DNA of 64,000 nt from Azolla caroliniana (Eukaryota; Plantae; Polypodiophyta): positions 10,850,001-10,914,000 of the forward strand of contig JBHGNT010000017.1 of NCBI GenBank assembly GCA_043228905.1, read 5' to 3'. Below are positions 41,001 to 53,390 of this stretch, piece by piece. The translations under genes and the position numbers were made by a program. How positions within the stretch are numbered: position 1 is the stretch's first letter; the number at the start of each line of letters is the position of its first letter. A model generated the notes under the pieces. It did not search any database. It was not told the DNA's origin and saw nothing but the letters and a program-made list of their open reading frames with translations.

Positions 41001-41532
41001 GATATGACAAGATAGGATATTGAATGATATTTGAAGGAATAAAAGAGATTTATAATTATTTGATGAAAGAGTTACAAAAGTGGTTGTAAGCGTCGTTGAT
41101 CCTTCGAACTTGGTCTCACAAGATAATCGCTCTTCTCTTTCTTGATAGTAGGCCACAAAAATCTTCACTTCAATATTTTGATGAAGATAAGGCTCGAACC
41201 GCCTCCCTCTTGTTGAGAGTTGACCACCGCGATCGCCAAGCTAGAGCTCCACCTTTATGTTAAACTTCTTCCTTTCTTTCTATATTTTATGGTATCTCTT
41301 ATGTAATATATATTTAATTGATATCTCATACCTCTCCCTCTTTGATCTTCTCTTTCACCATTTAAATAGGTGCCCCCATGCATATGATACATTGGATGGT
41401 ACAAGTCATGCATGTAGTGCATGAAATGCATGTGATGCATGATAGGCATCTCGCTCATTTGAGCTTTCATGTATGAAAAAATATATGGCATAAGAATAAA
41501 CATGAAAATATATATTTTAAAAGCAAAGGACC

Positions 41533-41722
41533 TAACCTAATAGTAGGTGTGTTGACTTTGGTATATGAGTTTGTGGGTTCGACTCTCTCAAATATTATTG
41601 AATACAATATGTAACGTTGTTTTTATATCATGAAGCAAATCCTTTATTTTATATATATTATTAATATAGAGTAAATGGTAAGATTTGAAAGTCATAGGGT
41701 GGGGTTATTGGTTCAAGTCCTC
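41533..41722 (+). promoter_or_regulatory. Two tandem tRNA-like A/B-box cassettes in 5' LTR
   Basis: TAACCTAATAG (41533) with GGTTCGACTC (41576); TAGAGTAAATGG with GGTTCAAGTCC (41710). Confidence 0.68.
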
Positions 41723-41774
41723 TCTTGTTTGTGTAATATATATATATATATATATATTATTTTTCTTTACATAT

Positions 41775-41975
41775 TGTGAAATGCACATAAGAGATCAAAA
41801 CCAGTCTACTTAGCTTCTTACTTCTTAATCAATTTATAGTTGATACAACGGAACCCATTTGGGTTGGGTTGGGTTGGCTAAACAGGGTGCGTTAAAAGGG
41901 TGGGTCAACTTGAGCACATGCATCCTAAAAAGGGTGAGCTAAAAGGGTGGCACAAAGGAACACATGCACACCACA
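41775..41975. mobile_element. 201-bp solo-LTR-like insertion in the gypsy 5' LTR
   Basis: Absent from the sister LTR; TGTG...CACA ends; ATAT flanks. Confidence 0.8.
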
Positions 41976-43931
41976 ATATATATAATATTATCATTATGTG
42001 TTGTTAATATTATCTTTATATATAAAACATTATCAAATTTTATTTTAGTTACAGATTTATCTTATTGTAGACTTTTAATGTGAAGCTTTCATACTTCACG
42101 ACAACGTGGAGCTCCTTGAAGAAGGATAATACCTGATCCTTCGTCTTCAACGGTGTGGCCCACAACTTCCGGATATGGTCACCTATGAACGTCACGAAGT
42201 ACTGTGCTCCGGCATGTGACTTCGTGTCCACTTGACACAAATCGGTATGCACCAACTCTAGTGGTGCATTACGTCTCATCGGTGGCCTTGAGCGGAAGGA
42301 GGTCCGGTTTTGCTTACCAGTCAGGCAGTCAGTGCACTTCTCAAGATGCACATCCTTCACTGGAATGAGGTTGCCATCGGCAAGCCTCTTCATCCCCTTC
42401 TTGCTCATGTGACACAGTCTCTTGTGCCACAACTCACCAGCAGTATCGGATGCCATGTTCACTTCTTCCCGGCATAACCGGGCATTCATTAGGTACATTG
42501 TGTTGACTTTCCGGGCTCGAGCCACTATTAAGCTCCCCTTGCTGAACTTCATGACACCGTTCCGGATGCTACTCGTGTAGCCTTCATTATCTAGCCGACC
42601 GGCTGATATCAGGTTCAGTCGAACCTCCAGAACATGTCGGACATTCTTCAGCAACAACTTGCATCCGGTTGGTGTTGTCAACCACACGTCTCCTATGCCG
42701 ACAATTTGGCATGTACCTTCATTCCCGATCCGGACATAGTCGTCCATGATCACCGGCTGTGTAGGATGAGAAGCATTTCCGGTCCAAGGTCAGCTGGACA
42801 ACCCATGTTATCTCATCGCCGGCAAGGTTCAACTCACTCTCCTCAGTGATGAGCATCAACTCTTCTTCACTTGCCGTGATTGTCGTTGTTCCCTTCCGGT
42901 CTGGTCCCCTCCAGTCTTTACTATTCTGGTCCGGTGACCGCTTTGAATTGGTACTGCAGGTTTCCTTGTCTTTCCGGAAATGCCGACAATTCTTCTAGAA
43001 GTGCCCCGGCTTCCCACAGTAGAAGCAAGTGGGCCTTCCCCTTGACTTTAACCGTGTCCCCAACTTTTCCCGATTCTGAGTACTATGGTTCATTTGTCTT
43101 CCGCATTCCGATTCGGTAAGGAACGCTTTGGAGTCGGAGCTCGTATCCTTGTCTTTCTGACGTGGCTCCTCATCTAGCAAGCTCGACTTGACTCTTGCTA
43201 GGGATAGTTGTTTTCCTTCCAACCCGGCGTTGCCCAAAGTGACAACTAACGTGTCCCAGCTATCCGGGAGGGAACCGAGCAAGAGTAATGCTAGTACCTC
43301 ATCTACAAGAGGTACTTCCAATGATGTTGCCTGGTGAATCAGCCCCTGGAAGGCATTCATGTGCTCCGCTATACTAGAGCCATCTTGGTACTGGAGCCTC
43401 ACTAGCTTCTAGAATACCGAAACCCGATTAACAACATTTTTGTACTGAAACATAATGTTGATCTTCTCCCAGAGCTCATGAGCCTTGCTCTCTTCATTGA
43501 AGTTGTTGTACAGGCTCATGTCGATGAAGCACCATATGTACGTCGTTGTCTTCATGTGCATCACCTCCCATATCCTGGCATCGATCTTGTCCGGTCTCTT
43601 GTCCTCGAACTGAACCGGCAACCAAAGATCTTTAACCACAAGCATGTCCCTCATCTTCGACTTCCACACTGAGTAGTTGGAGCCGGTGAGCTTGAACATG
43701 CCGCCAAGTGAATCTTCCATCTTTTGTGTCGTTTCGCTCTGATGCCAGTTTGTAGAGAATATGCGGAATAATGCTCGGCCACAACCGAGTCTTCAATCAC
43801 TTCGTTGAGAAATTACAAGCACAGAGATGGGAATTTAGAGATAGATGCACGTATACACAAAAAACACTGTAAACAAGAGAGTACACAAGATGTTAACATG
43901 GAAAACCCTAAACAGGAAAAACCACGGAGCC

Positions 43932-44042
43932 CACAAACTCCAAACTATCACTATGTTGAAAGAATACAGCAGGGGGCACAGAGGCAATGACCTCGTGCTC
44001 ACTCTCTTCGCTTGGTGGCGGTTACAACAGAGAATCACTCTG

Positions 44043-44108
<66 letters not shown>

Positions 44109-44580
44109 ACACTCTGTACAACAGTTACACCAATAACTCTATACAATGCTAAATGACAACAACTCGTCTCAACAAATAATGTTTGCCCTAGTTCGAGCTA
44201 TTTACAAGTATAGGCCCAGTGGCCTCTCTGGAACATATTTGCATATATGTCCCTTCATCTGGTGACACAAACTCCAAACTATCACTATGTCGAAAGAATA
44301 CACTAGGGGGCACAAAGGGAATGACCTCGTGGTCACTCTCTTTGCCTGACGGTGGTTACAACAGAGAATCACTCTGTATCTCTCTCTCTCTCTCTCTGTT
44401 ACACTATGGACAACAATTACACCAATAACTCTATACAGTGCTAAATGACAACAACTCGTCTCATCAAATAATGTTTGCCCTAGCTCATATTTATACTAAT
44501 ATGACTTTCGGGCTATTTACAAGTATAGCCCTAGTGGGCTCTCTGGAACATATTTGCATATATGTTCCTTCATCCGGTGA
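43932..44580. repeat. ~320-bp tandem duplication inside the copia 5' LTR
   Basis: CACAAACTCCAAACTATCAC...CCTTCATC occurs twice here and once in the 3' LTR. Confidence 0.85.
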
Positions 44581-44697
44581 GAGGTTCTCACCGGGCCTGC
44601 AACATCCAGTGCTCACCGGGTCTTCCTTGCCGGGTACTAATCATCCGGTTCTCATCGGGCCTTCATCATCCCATCCGGAGGGACCGAAATCCTAACA

Positions 44698-46690
44698 CAT
44701 TCGTCTCTTGGACGTATCTGAACAAGGTTATCTGCACCTCGAAGGTCTAGCTTTGTGAAAACTTTAGCTGCACTAAGACGCTCTAGTAAACTCGATATCA
44801 AGGGTAGAGAATATCTATTTCGAACTGTGATTTTGTTTAAACCTTGATAATCCACAACCAATTGTAAAGACCCATCTTTCTTCTTGACAAAGGGTTTAGG
44901 GCTTTTAGAATGTCGAATGAATCCATTTGCTAAGTGCTCATCTATATACTCTCAAAGGTCCTTGAGTCAGAAGGTGATAGATTATATATTGGGCCCCATG
45001 GTGGCTCTTTCCCAGGCTGTAGATCAATCGGACAATCATAAGGACGATGATCTAGAAGAGAAATAGCTTTAGTTTTGTTGAAGATGTCTTCAAAATCCAA
45101 GTACTTAGTAGGGAGGTGAGTACATGCCCCTTGTGAACTAGAGGATGGATTTGTCGTTACTGCAAAGACAAACATTTCATTTGTCTGCCCGTCTTCTCGT
45201 AAGTTTTGTAGAGATATGAGTGAGATTTGGTGAGGTTTTGAATCTTGGTTGGTAAGTAACAAAGCTGTTGGATTCAGGTTTCTATTGGAAATCATTGATT
45301 GCTCGATTTCTCCAGCGAATTTCAGGATTATGAAGCTCAAACCAAGGATAACTGGATGTTGAGGGCTACTAATTATATTGAAGGCTCGGATTCTTCGACT
45401 ATATCCCCAGATGCAATAGGGTGACCATCAATGACTACAACGGATGCAGGACAAGGGAGGTTTCTCAATAAGATTTTTTGGGATAAAGCAAATTCTTTGT
45501 CCATAAAACAAGAGTTGGCTCCTGAATCTAAGAGGGCAGATGCAAGAACTCGATGACACACACCTAGAAGTGCTAAGCTCAACTTGTGTTGAAAAAACTC
45601 TGGAACCACTACTTGGGGCTGCTGACTTTACGTATTCTGGTTTGTCCAACCAAATGGCTCCGATTTTGATTGGACTTATTCATTTAATATTTCATCAAGC
45701 TGACTCAAGACCTCAAAACTATTGGATTGGCCTAGCCATGTGGGACTACTAGGGATAGATAATCTAACTGGGGAATTGGAATTAAGTTTCTCACCGGTAC
45801 TTACTTGATTTACCTGTCGTTTTGGCCTATGTGGGCAGGTGATTGCTATGTGTCCCGGACCACCACAATACAAACATAGACGGCTTGCTCGGCGTCGTTG
45901 CTTCTCAGCTTTAGACAAAGGCCCTCGACGACATGTTACATTGATCTCCATCAGACTTGGACCAGTTGATGGAATCATGTGTGAAGTTTGGGTTGAGCTT
46001 GTAGGTGTCGAGGCTACTACTGAAGCATATGTTTGATCCGTTCTTGATCGTGACATTAGTTGATGTTTTGAACGTCGCTCGAATAAACGATTGTCACATC
46101 GTACCGCACGACTTATTGCTTCTGTAAGAGATCTTGGATCTTCATGGAAAGTTAATAACAAATCTTTTACATCATTTCGTTGTCCATGGTGAAACTGATC
46201 CATTAATGCTTCTTCATCCCATGGAATATCACAAGCTAGAGGTGGAAATCTATAGCGTACGCGGAGGCAGGATAATCCCCTTCACACAGTCTTCGAATTT
46301 TATTGATTGTCGTTCTAACACTATCAGTGTCTCCAAAGTTTGCTTGAAATTCTTTAATAAAACCTTCAAAGTCTTGAAGAAGAGGAGATTTCTTTTCTAA
46401 CAATGGTGCAAACCATGCTAATGTCATTCTTGTTAAGAGGGTTCCTACTAGTCCAACTCAAGTTGTATCGGTTGGATATCTATTAGGATGCATATGAATT
46501 ACTAGATGCACCTGATTTAGAAATCCTCGAAATTGTGATCGATTACCATCGAACTTCTCAGGCAAACAAATCTTTGGTTCTTTGGGAGAGCTTTGTTGCA
46601 TCGAAGCTCATTGATGAAGAGACTGCAATGTTCTTTCGAGTTGCAATACACATGTTGATAACTCGTCATATTGTTGCGCCTTTTCTATGC
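44698..46690 (-). pseudogene. gag-pol: Chromovirus gag-PR-RT N-terminal remnant; contiguous with 30353-31122 once the copia is removed
   Basis: KEPKICLPEKFDG; CLYCGGPGHIAITCP; ALLDSGANSCFM; HRPYDCPIDL..PPWGPIY; [10 protein letters not shown]. Confidence 0.9.
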
Positions 46691-46695
46691 TTACT

Positions 46696-47160
46696 TGTTG
46701 ATACAACCCCATGAGGTTTAGAGTGACTCGAACCCATGACCTTCTAAGGAGGAGCACTCAACTCTAGCCATTAGGTTATATATGTTCTACATAAAGATAT
46801 TATAATTTACTATTGATAATGTAACCCTAAAAATATCTAAAGGGTGCAATGACCCTTCAATATCCCAAAGGGTGCCATGACTCTTCAATATCCCAAAGGG
46901 TATCATGACCCTACAACATCCCAAACGGTATCATGACCCTACAAACATCCAAGGGGCACATACTACTCCTATATAAATAGGAAATATTGTATTGTTAGAA
47001 CCATTATGGTTCAACACCAGTCTTTAGCAAATATTCTAGTTCTTGCTCTTGTATATTCTCCTATTATAATAAAATATACTCATTGTTCTCTCTTTCCTTT
47101 CCTCTCTTGTTCAATCTTCTTTTGTCAAGCTAAGGCCTTGACAGTTTGAACTAGAATATC

Positions 47161-47209
<49 letters not shown>

Positions 47210-47324
47210 TTCCTTCTTTTTCTTGAGAATCCTATAAAGCGTTATGGTCACCATGGAGTCCGTTAGCAAGCAAGAGTATGTTCGAGTCACCCTAAACCTC
47301 ATGGGGTTTCAGCTACTCATGACA
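46696..47324 (+). mobile_element. Isolated chromovirus-type LTR with 29-bp subterminal inverted repeats
   Basis: Same layout as 3948-4373 (antisense tRNA-like cassette, TATAAATAGG, GGTTCAACACCAGTC, CT-rich region); ends CATGACA; four 28-bp repeats at ~46833-46950. Confidence 0.75.
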
Positions 47325-47329
47325 ACCAT

Positions 47330-48422
47330 ACCCGAATAACTAATTACCTACCTCAGAATATGACCATAGCTAAGTAGCTACCAGTAATAGCTGATTAGCT
47401 ACCAGAATAGCTAATTAGCTCCCTAAGAATATCGAACATAGCTATTTAGCTACCACAATAGCTAATTAACTACCATTCATAGCTATTTAGAGTAGATAAT
47501 TAGTTACTTATGACTATAGCTAATTAGCTACCAAAATTGTTAATCCCCTACTAGAATAACTACGATACTGAACTATGGTAGTAGCTAATTAGCTACTACA
47601 TTAAACTATGGTAGTAGCTATTTAGCTACCACTTAGCTAATTAGCTACTCAGTAAAGTATGCTAGTAGCTAATTAGTGAGCTACCACTTAGCTAATTAGC
47701 TACTCAGCTAAAGTATAGTAGTAGCTAATTAGCTACTCAGCTGAAGTATGACAGTAGCTAATTAGCTACCAGTTAGCTAATTAGCAACTCAGCTAAAGTA
47801 TGGTAATAGCTAATTAGCGAGCTACCAGTTAGCTAATTAGCGACTCAGCTAAAGTATGGTAATAGCTAATTAGCTGAGTAGTTAATTAGGTAAGTGGTAG
47901 CTAATTGGCTACTACCATAGTTTAGCACAGTAGCTAATTAGTTAAGTGGTAGCTAAACTATGGTAGTCACTAATTAGCTACCACTTAGCTAATTAGCTAC
48001 TCAACTAAAGTATGGTAGTAGCTAATTAGATACCACTTAGCTAATTAGCTACTGTACTAAACAATGGTAGTAGCTAATTATCTACCACTTAGACAAGAGA
48101 ACTGTTGTACTAAACCATGGTAGTAGCTAATTAGCTTCAATTTAGCTAATTAGTTGCTGTATTAAACAATGGTAGTTGTTAATTAGCTACCACATAGTTA
48201 AATAACTACTAGACTATAAAGTATGGTAGTAGCTAATTAGCTACCACTTAGCTTATTAGCTATTGTATTAAACTATAGTAGTAGCTAATTAGCTACCACT
48301 TATCTAATTAACTATTGTACTAAACTATGGTAGTAGCTAATTAGCTACCACTTAGGTAATTAACTATTGTACTAAACTATGGTAGTAGCTAATTAGCTAC
48401 CACTTAACCATAGAGCTAATCA
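47330..48422. repeat. Minisatellite array with palindromic core AGCTAATTAGCT
   Basis: Dozens of TAGCTAATTAGCTA copies in ~50-52-bp units. Confidence 0.95.
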
Positions 48423-48459
48423 GTATGTCCATTTTATTACGGAGGTCAATTTATTTATT

Positions 48460-50288
48460 AGGTTCAGGCGAATGCATCCAAATATCAAAGTTCAACTACA
48501 AACATTCGAGTCTTTTAAGCCACACTTTGTGATATGCTTGAAGGATTGATACACATGTTGTTGCATTTACCATGTACAAATGGGTTTTCTCAAGGACTCT
48601 GTTAATCTACTACGTCACCATAGTGCCTCCCTAACAAATGTAGTTTGCACTTGTGATTGCCCAATTTGTTGATCGAGCCCGCATGAGCACTGTAAATCAT
48701 TTGAGCATGTTATATCTTCCATGAGTTGTCTTTTAGATTCAGTATTGTGTTTGAGAGAAATTGAGGCCATCTTCCACAGTCATAAATGTGTCATGGGTTT
48801 ATGTCAACATTGTGGCCCTAGTAGATTTAGGTGGTGTCCAAATGAATTGAGTAGTGAAATATTAATCTCTGTCAAGTTATTTGAGTTAGTTGACACCAAT
48901 TTCAAAGGAAAGGTGTGTAAAAGAAAGGATCTAGTTAGGAAGTTGCTTAAACCAAGAGATTTGGCGTCTCTATTTGTAGTATCTTTAGTAAAGTTCATTA
49001 AACACGACTTCATTTATTCATGGCAAGCCCATCAGTTTAAGACTTGCATATCTGATTTTCCAAATGATATAGTAGTCTCAGTAGTAGATTTCGCAGAGAA
49101 TTATACCTTCAAGCAGCAAAATGAAATTCAATCTATGCATTGGTGTTTAGCGTAGGTAACCATTTTTGTGCACATAACATATTTTCGAGTTTTAGGTGAT
49201 GTTAAAATAGTAATTCATTTTTTTATTTCTGATGATAAGAAGCGTGATACCTTGTCTGTCCAACATTGTTTTAACTTACATTGGCAATGGTTATTAACTA
49301 AATGTTTGGAGCTTACTCAACATTGGGTCTGGGCTGATGGAGTTGTGTCACAATTCAAGGCTAGACGTCCATTTTATTTTTTGGGGAGGTATCCTGCTAT
49401 AACAGGTTTGGAGATGATATGGAATTTTTTTGTGTCTGACCGTGGTAAAGGTAAACATGATGGTGCAGGTGTTGTTATAAAGCAGGCACTTACCCATGAA
49501 CAACTAAAGGAAAATGGTGTGTAGATGAATTGTGTAGCACATGTAGTTGAATTTTTTAGAGCTAATATGTCAACGAGTGCAACTGGTGTTTTTTCTTTGT
49601 AGGTCCGAGATATCAAATGTGAATTTTGGGAAGTGATGATAGATGAAGTAAATAGGGAGAAGACCTGGGAGTGCCAAGAAATAACCGAATTGCGATCTCT
49701 CCAGTCTCTTCACGGTTATTCTAGGTTGGATGGTCATTGTATTGCGGTTAGAGAATTAACTTGTTTTTGCTTCCATTGTGTGCCGGGGAATTGGAGGTAT
49801 TGTTTAAACAAAGCATATATTCAGAATTGGGAGTATCATACATTGAACGATAAGGAAGCTGATACATTGGAGAAACAGAAAAGAATGTTGACTTCACATA
49901 TCAAGGATGTGGAGATACTTTGACTGATGTCTTAAATGTTGGGGATAATTTTGCTGTAAATGCAGAAGAAGGCAATTTAGAGGGTGTTGATTTCTATATA
50001 TTGAAGTGCATGGTTAGTAAACAATGTGCAACGCAGAATATATTAGATGCTTGGGGAAATGTTGTATCTACTAGGACATTATACATCGAAGGTATTTTTT
50101 ATCCAAGACTAGATGATTACGATTATGTGTATGGGCTATTAGAAAACAAACCAGTGGCATACATGTACTCTCATTTGGTCAGGTGCATCAATGTCCCAAT
50201 GTTGCAATATAGTAGTTGCTCAGGTTTATACACAGTTAGTGCTAATGTGTATAAATGTATTTACAACAGTATGCCATGGAATTTGTAG
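48460..50288 (+). pseudogene. Sola2-like DDD transposase, decayed
   Basis: CCCIYH; VVDFAENY..QNEIQSMHW; ISDDKKRD; WADG..SQFK; FFVSDRGKGKHDGAG..K; CFCFHC; family assignment from recalled motifs, not a search. Confidence 0.72.
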
Positions 50289-50804
50289 CTACAAGTAGCA
50301 ATTACCAGTTTTCTTGTAAAACAAACAAAGCACATGTATTGCAAATAAACAGTTTAATGGACCTGTTTGGGAGTTTGTTTTTTTATATACATTCTATTTT
50401 TTGTGCTTCTTTCTCAACAAAATCGTGTGTCATTTTTATATACAATCTTCTTTCTGATATATAGTTTAATAATATCGTTTAGGGTTCTTCTTTCTGAGAT
50501 ACAGATTTACTCAAGTGAACCATGTACAAGTTAAAATAGTAAGAAAAAGCACTATCATGAAATCAGCAATTTAATTACACAATAGATAAGGCAATCAAAA
50601 CAAGCAATTTAATTCTTCATTGATTAAGTGGTAGCAAATTACATATTTATAACATCCCATTGCCAATGTCTTCAATCGCCTATAAACAGCTAATCTCTTG
50701 CTGGTCAGTGGAACTTCTCTACATATATGATCTGCATACCGAGCTCGGTATGGAGTCCACAACCATGTAGTTAGTTGGCAACTCAACGTTTTGACCAAAT
50801 AGAG

Positions 50805-51446
50805 TTAAGGCATTTCATTCGGTAGAATGAGACAACATCTGCGACTGTTAAGGTAATGTCGAAAATGCTCTGTATCCAGAATCAACGTATTGTCAGCATT
50901 ATAATCTAGCCAAGTGTCCCAAAAATCAGAAAGTCTTTTGAATCTTACAACATCCTTCTGCTCACAATTCTGTCGTGTCCACTGACCCTCGAAATGTTGT
51001 CGCCACTTCAAGAAGAATCTTTCTACACACTTCCACACATATGTATGTGGTTTTTCATTCCAAATAAACAAATCAAAGTATTGCAAAACCCACTGCAAAA
51101 ATTGATTTGCGTCCCTCCGTGGTGTCATATATATCACACTCATCAGAACTTTATCAAGCTCCAAGATCAAGGCTCTTTTTTTGGCTTCTAATGGCTTAGG
51201 TTTCCATTCATGTAACTGAGCCTCTGTTACACCAATTACTAGTAGCACACGATCAATTTCAATCAACTCAGGTTCTGTCGGTACAATTGGTGTCCTTTTC
51301 CTCTTCAAACCCCTAATCGACTTTGTTGGGCCTGGCTTCACATTCTGGTGCTCTTGTATTGTCGACTTAGTCATTGGCTTGGTGCATGTAGATATTGATC
51401 TAGTTGATATCAGCCCACTGGTATCACATGCTGCATCTACCTGCAA
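50805..51446 (-). pseudogene. FCP1/SCP (NIF) HAD-phosphatase-like domain, catalytic motif degenerate
   Basis: KKRALILELDKVL (cf. LxLDLDxTL); FLQWVLQYFDLFIW; KRLSDFW; YNADNTLILD. Confidence 0.6.
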
Positions 51447-52424
51447 AATCAGATCATCTGTGCAACATGCTTGATCAACTTGCGTGACCAGATCATTTGT
51501 GTCAGTTGCTACATCTACTTTTAAGATGTGGCCCTATAAACACGCAGCAACATCAATAGTTTCAACACTGCCATCGGCCTTAGGAGCAATAGATTCAAAC
51601 CCTTTAGACTCTGCAACATCAGAAAACACCAACATATTTAGGGTTTAGGGTTTAGGGAAAACTCACAAAGTAACTATCAGTCTCACAAAACAACACAATA
51701 AACATGAAATATTTTCCATCATAGAACATGAACATAATTATCTTGGAGAAACATCATAGAGTTCCATTACATAATGTGCTTAGAGCAACAACCAATTTGA
51801 GGTTTCACTTGTCCAAATAGATCATAGTAAAACTTCAGAAAACCTTAGGAAAATAGCTAACAATCATATATTCCACTAATCAGTATTTCACTTCAATTCA
51901 AGAGCCCCTTGACCGAGTAACTAGTCTTGTCCCCGGTCGTGGCCCCTTCTTCAGTCTTTTTCTAGCCGGTTGCCCATTTAGCCTTGCTTCTTTGACCCAT
52001 TGTACAAGTGTGTCCTCCTCCAACAACCTTTCCATCACCTCAGCAACGGCTTGCAGGTCAGCCGCATCTTACACTAGCTTTTCCAGTACAGTGGGATCTG
52101 TTTGGACATTATCAATAGTTGGGCTCAATGGGGTGGAATCAAGGTTTTGGGAGTCGAAGAAATGTTACATCAAGTGTTCAAAAACACTATTGTTGTGAAC
52201 CTCAGATTTACATGTTGTTTCCAATATTTCATGGCTTTTCACATCGTTGCCTAATTCATTACCATCTTCCAAAAGAATAGGGTGGAGCTAATCTAAAGGA
52301 GATGTGATCGCAGGACTCTTACTTTCAGCCACGTTGGCAACTATCTCCTCATCGGTTGCAGCGTCATCAACACCAGACACCTCATACGCCCTACTTAATC
52401 CACAAGATTCTACAACAACATGGT

Positions 52425-53080
52425 CGCTAATTAGCTACATCTTAGCTAACTAGCTATTCTTCTAGACTATGACAGTAGCTAATTAGCTACCTTTGAGCTA
52501 ATTCACTACTTCGCTTACATATGGTACTAGCTAATTAGCAACTACACTATAACCTGGTACTAGCTAATTAGCCACTATAACTAAAGTATGGTAGTAGTTA
52601 ATTAGCTACTAGCTAATTAGCTAATGTACTAAAGTATGGTAGTAGCTAATTAGCTACCACTTAGGTAATTAGCTAATGTACTAAAGTATGGTACTAGCTA
52701 ATTAGCTACCACTTAGGTAATTAGCTAATGTACTAAAGTATGGTACTAGCTAATTAGCTACCACTTAGGTAATTAGCTAATGTACTAAAGTATGGTACTA
52801 GCTAATTAGCTACCACTTAGGTAATTAGCTACTGTACTAAACTATGGTAGTAGCTAATTAGCTACCACTTAGCTAATTAGCTACTCAACTAAAGTATGGT
52901 AGTCGCTAATTAGCTACCACTTAGCTTATTAGCAACTATACTAAAGTATGGTACTAGCTAATTAGCCATTATAACTAAAGTATAGTAGTATCTAATTAGC
53001 TCCCACTTAGCTAATTAGCTATTGTACTAAACTATGGTAGTACCTAATTAGCTACTGTACTAAACTATGGTAGTACTAAA
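52425..53080. repeat. Second AGCTAATTAGCT array with a 52-bp unit
   Basis: TAAAGTATGGTACTAGCTAATTAGCTACCACTTAGGTAATTAGCTAATGTAC repeated near-perfectly at ~52630-52835. Confidence 0.95.
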
Positions 53081-53241
53081 CTCAAGTATTCCTTATGCGA
53101 CAACGTTTAGTATTACTTGTGTGCAAATACCACTTTAGTACTAAAGTAGGAAGTTGTTTAGAACATTTGTTGGATTAGAGGTTAGTCCAATCTATATTAC
53201 AACGTGCCTAGTACTAGTGTTAGTACACACTATACTTGTAG

Positions 53242-53390
53242 TACATTGTTGACGATTAGTACTAGTTGTGTAATTTGGGAACTAATTGAGTAATACATTG
53301 TTCATGATTAGTACTAGTTTTGTAATTTGGGAACTAATTGAGTAATACATTGTTCACGATTAGTACTAGTTGTGTAATATGGGAACTAGG
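53242..53390. repeat. Three copies of an unrelated 52-bp tandem repeat
   Basis: TACATTGTT..GATTAGTACTAG..GGGAACTA at 53242, 53294 and 53346. Confidence 0.9.

Larger units (their letters stand above)
34148..42103 (-). mobile_element. Full-length decayed non-chromoviral gypsy (Phygy/Selgy-like)
   Basis: LTRs 34148-35179 and 40870-42103; Trp PBS 40847-40864; PPT 35180-35191; flanks GCGT/ACGT; gag, PR (ALIDHGSEIN), RT, RH and IN remnants in order. Confidence 0.92.
31123..44697 (-). mobile_element. Full-length decayed Ty1/copia element containing a nested gypsy
   Basis: LTRs 31123-31784 and 43751-44697; PBS GCTCTGATGCCA at 43736-43747; PPT at ~31785-31798; 5-bp TSD CATTC; gag 42995-43720, PR/IN 42104-42800 plus 33591-34147, RT/RH 31800-33300. 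Confidence 0.93.

Noticed and set aside
47330-53390. CRISPR-like appearance of the palindromic repeats
   Set aside because: Units are tandem with no unique spacers, there are no cas genes, and the context is eukaryotic TE sequence
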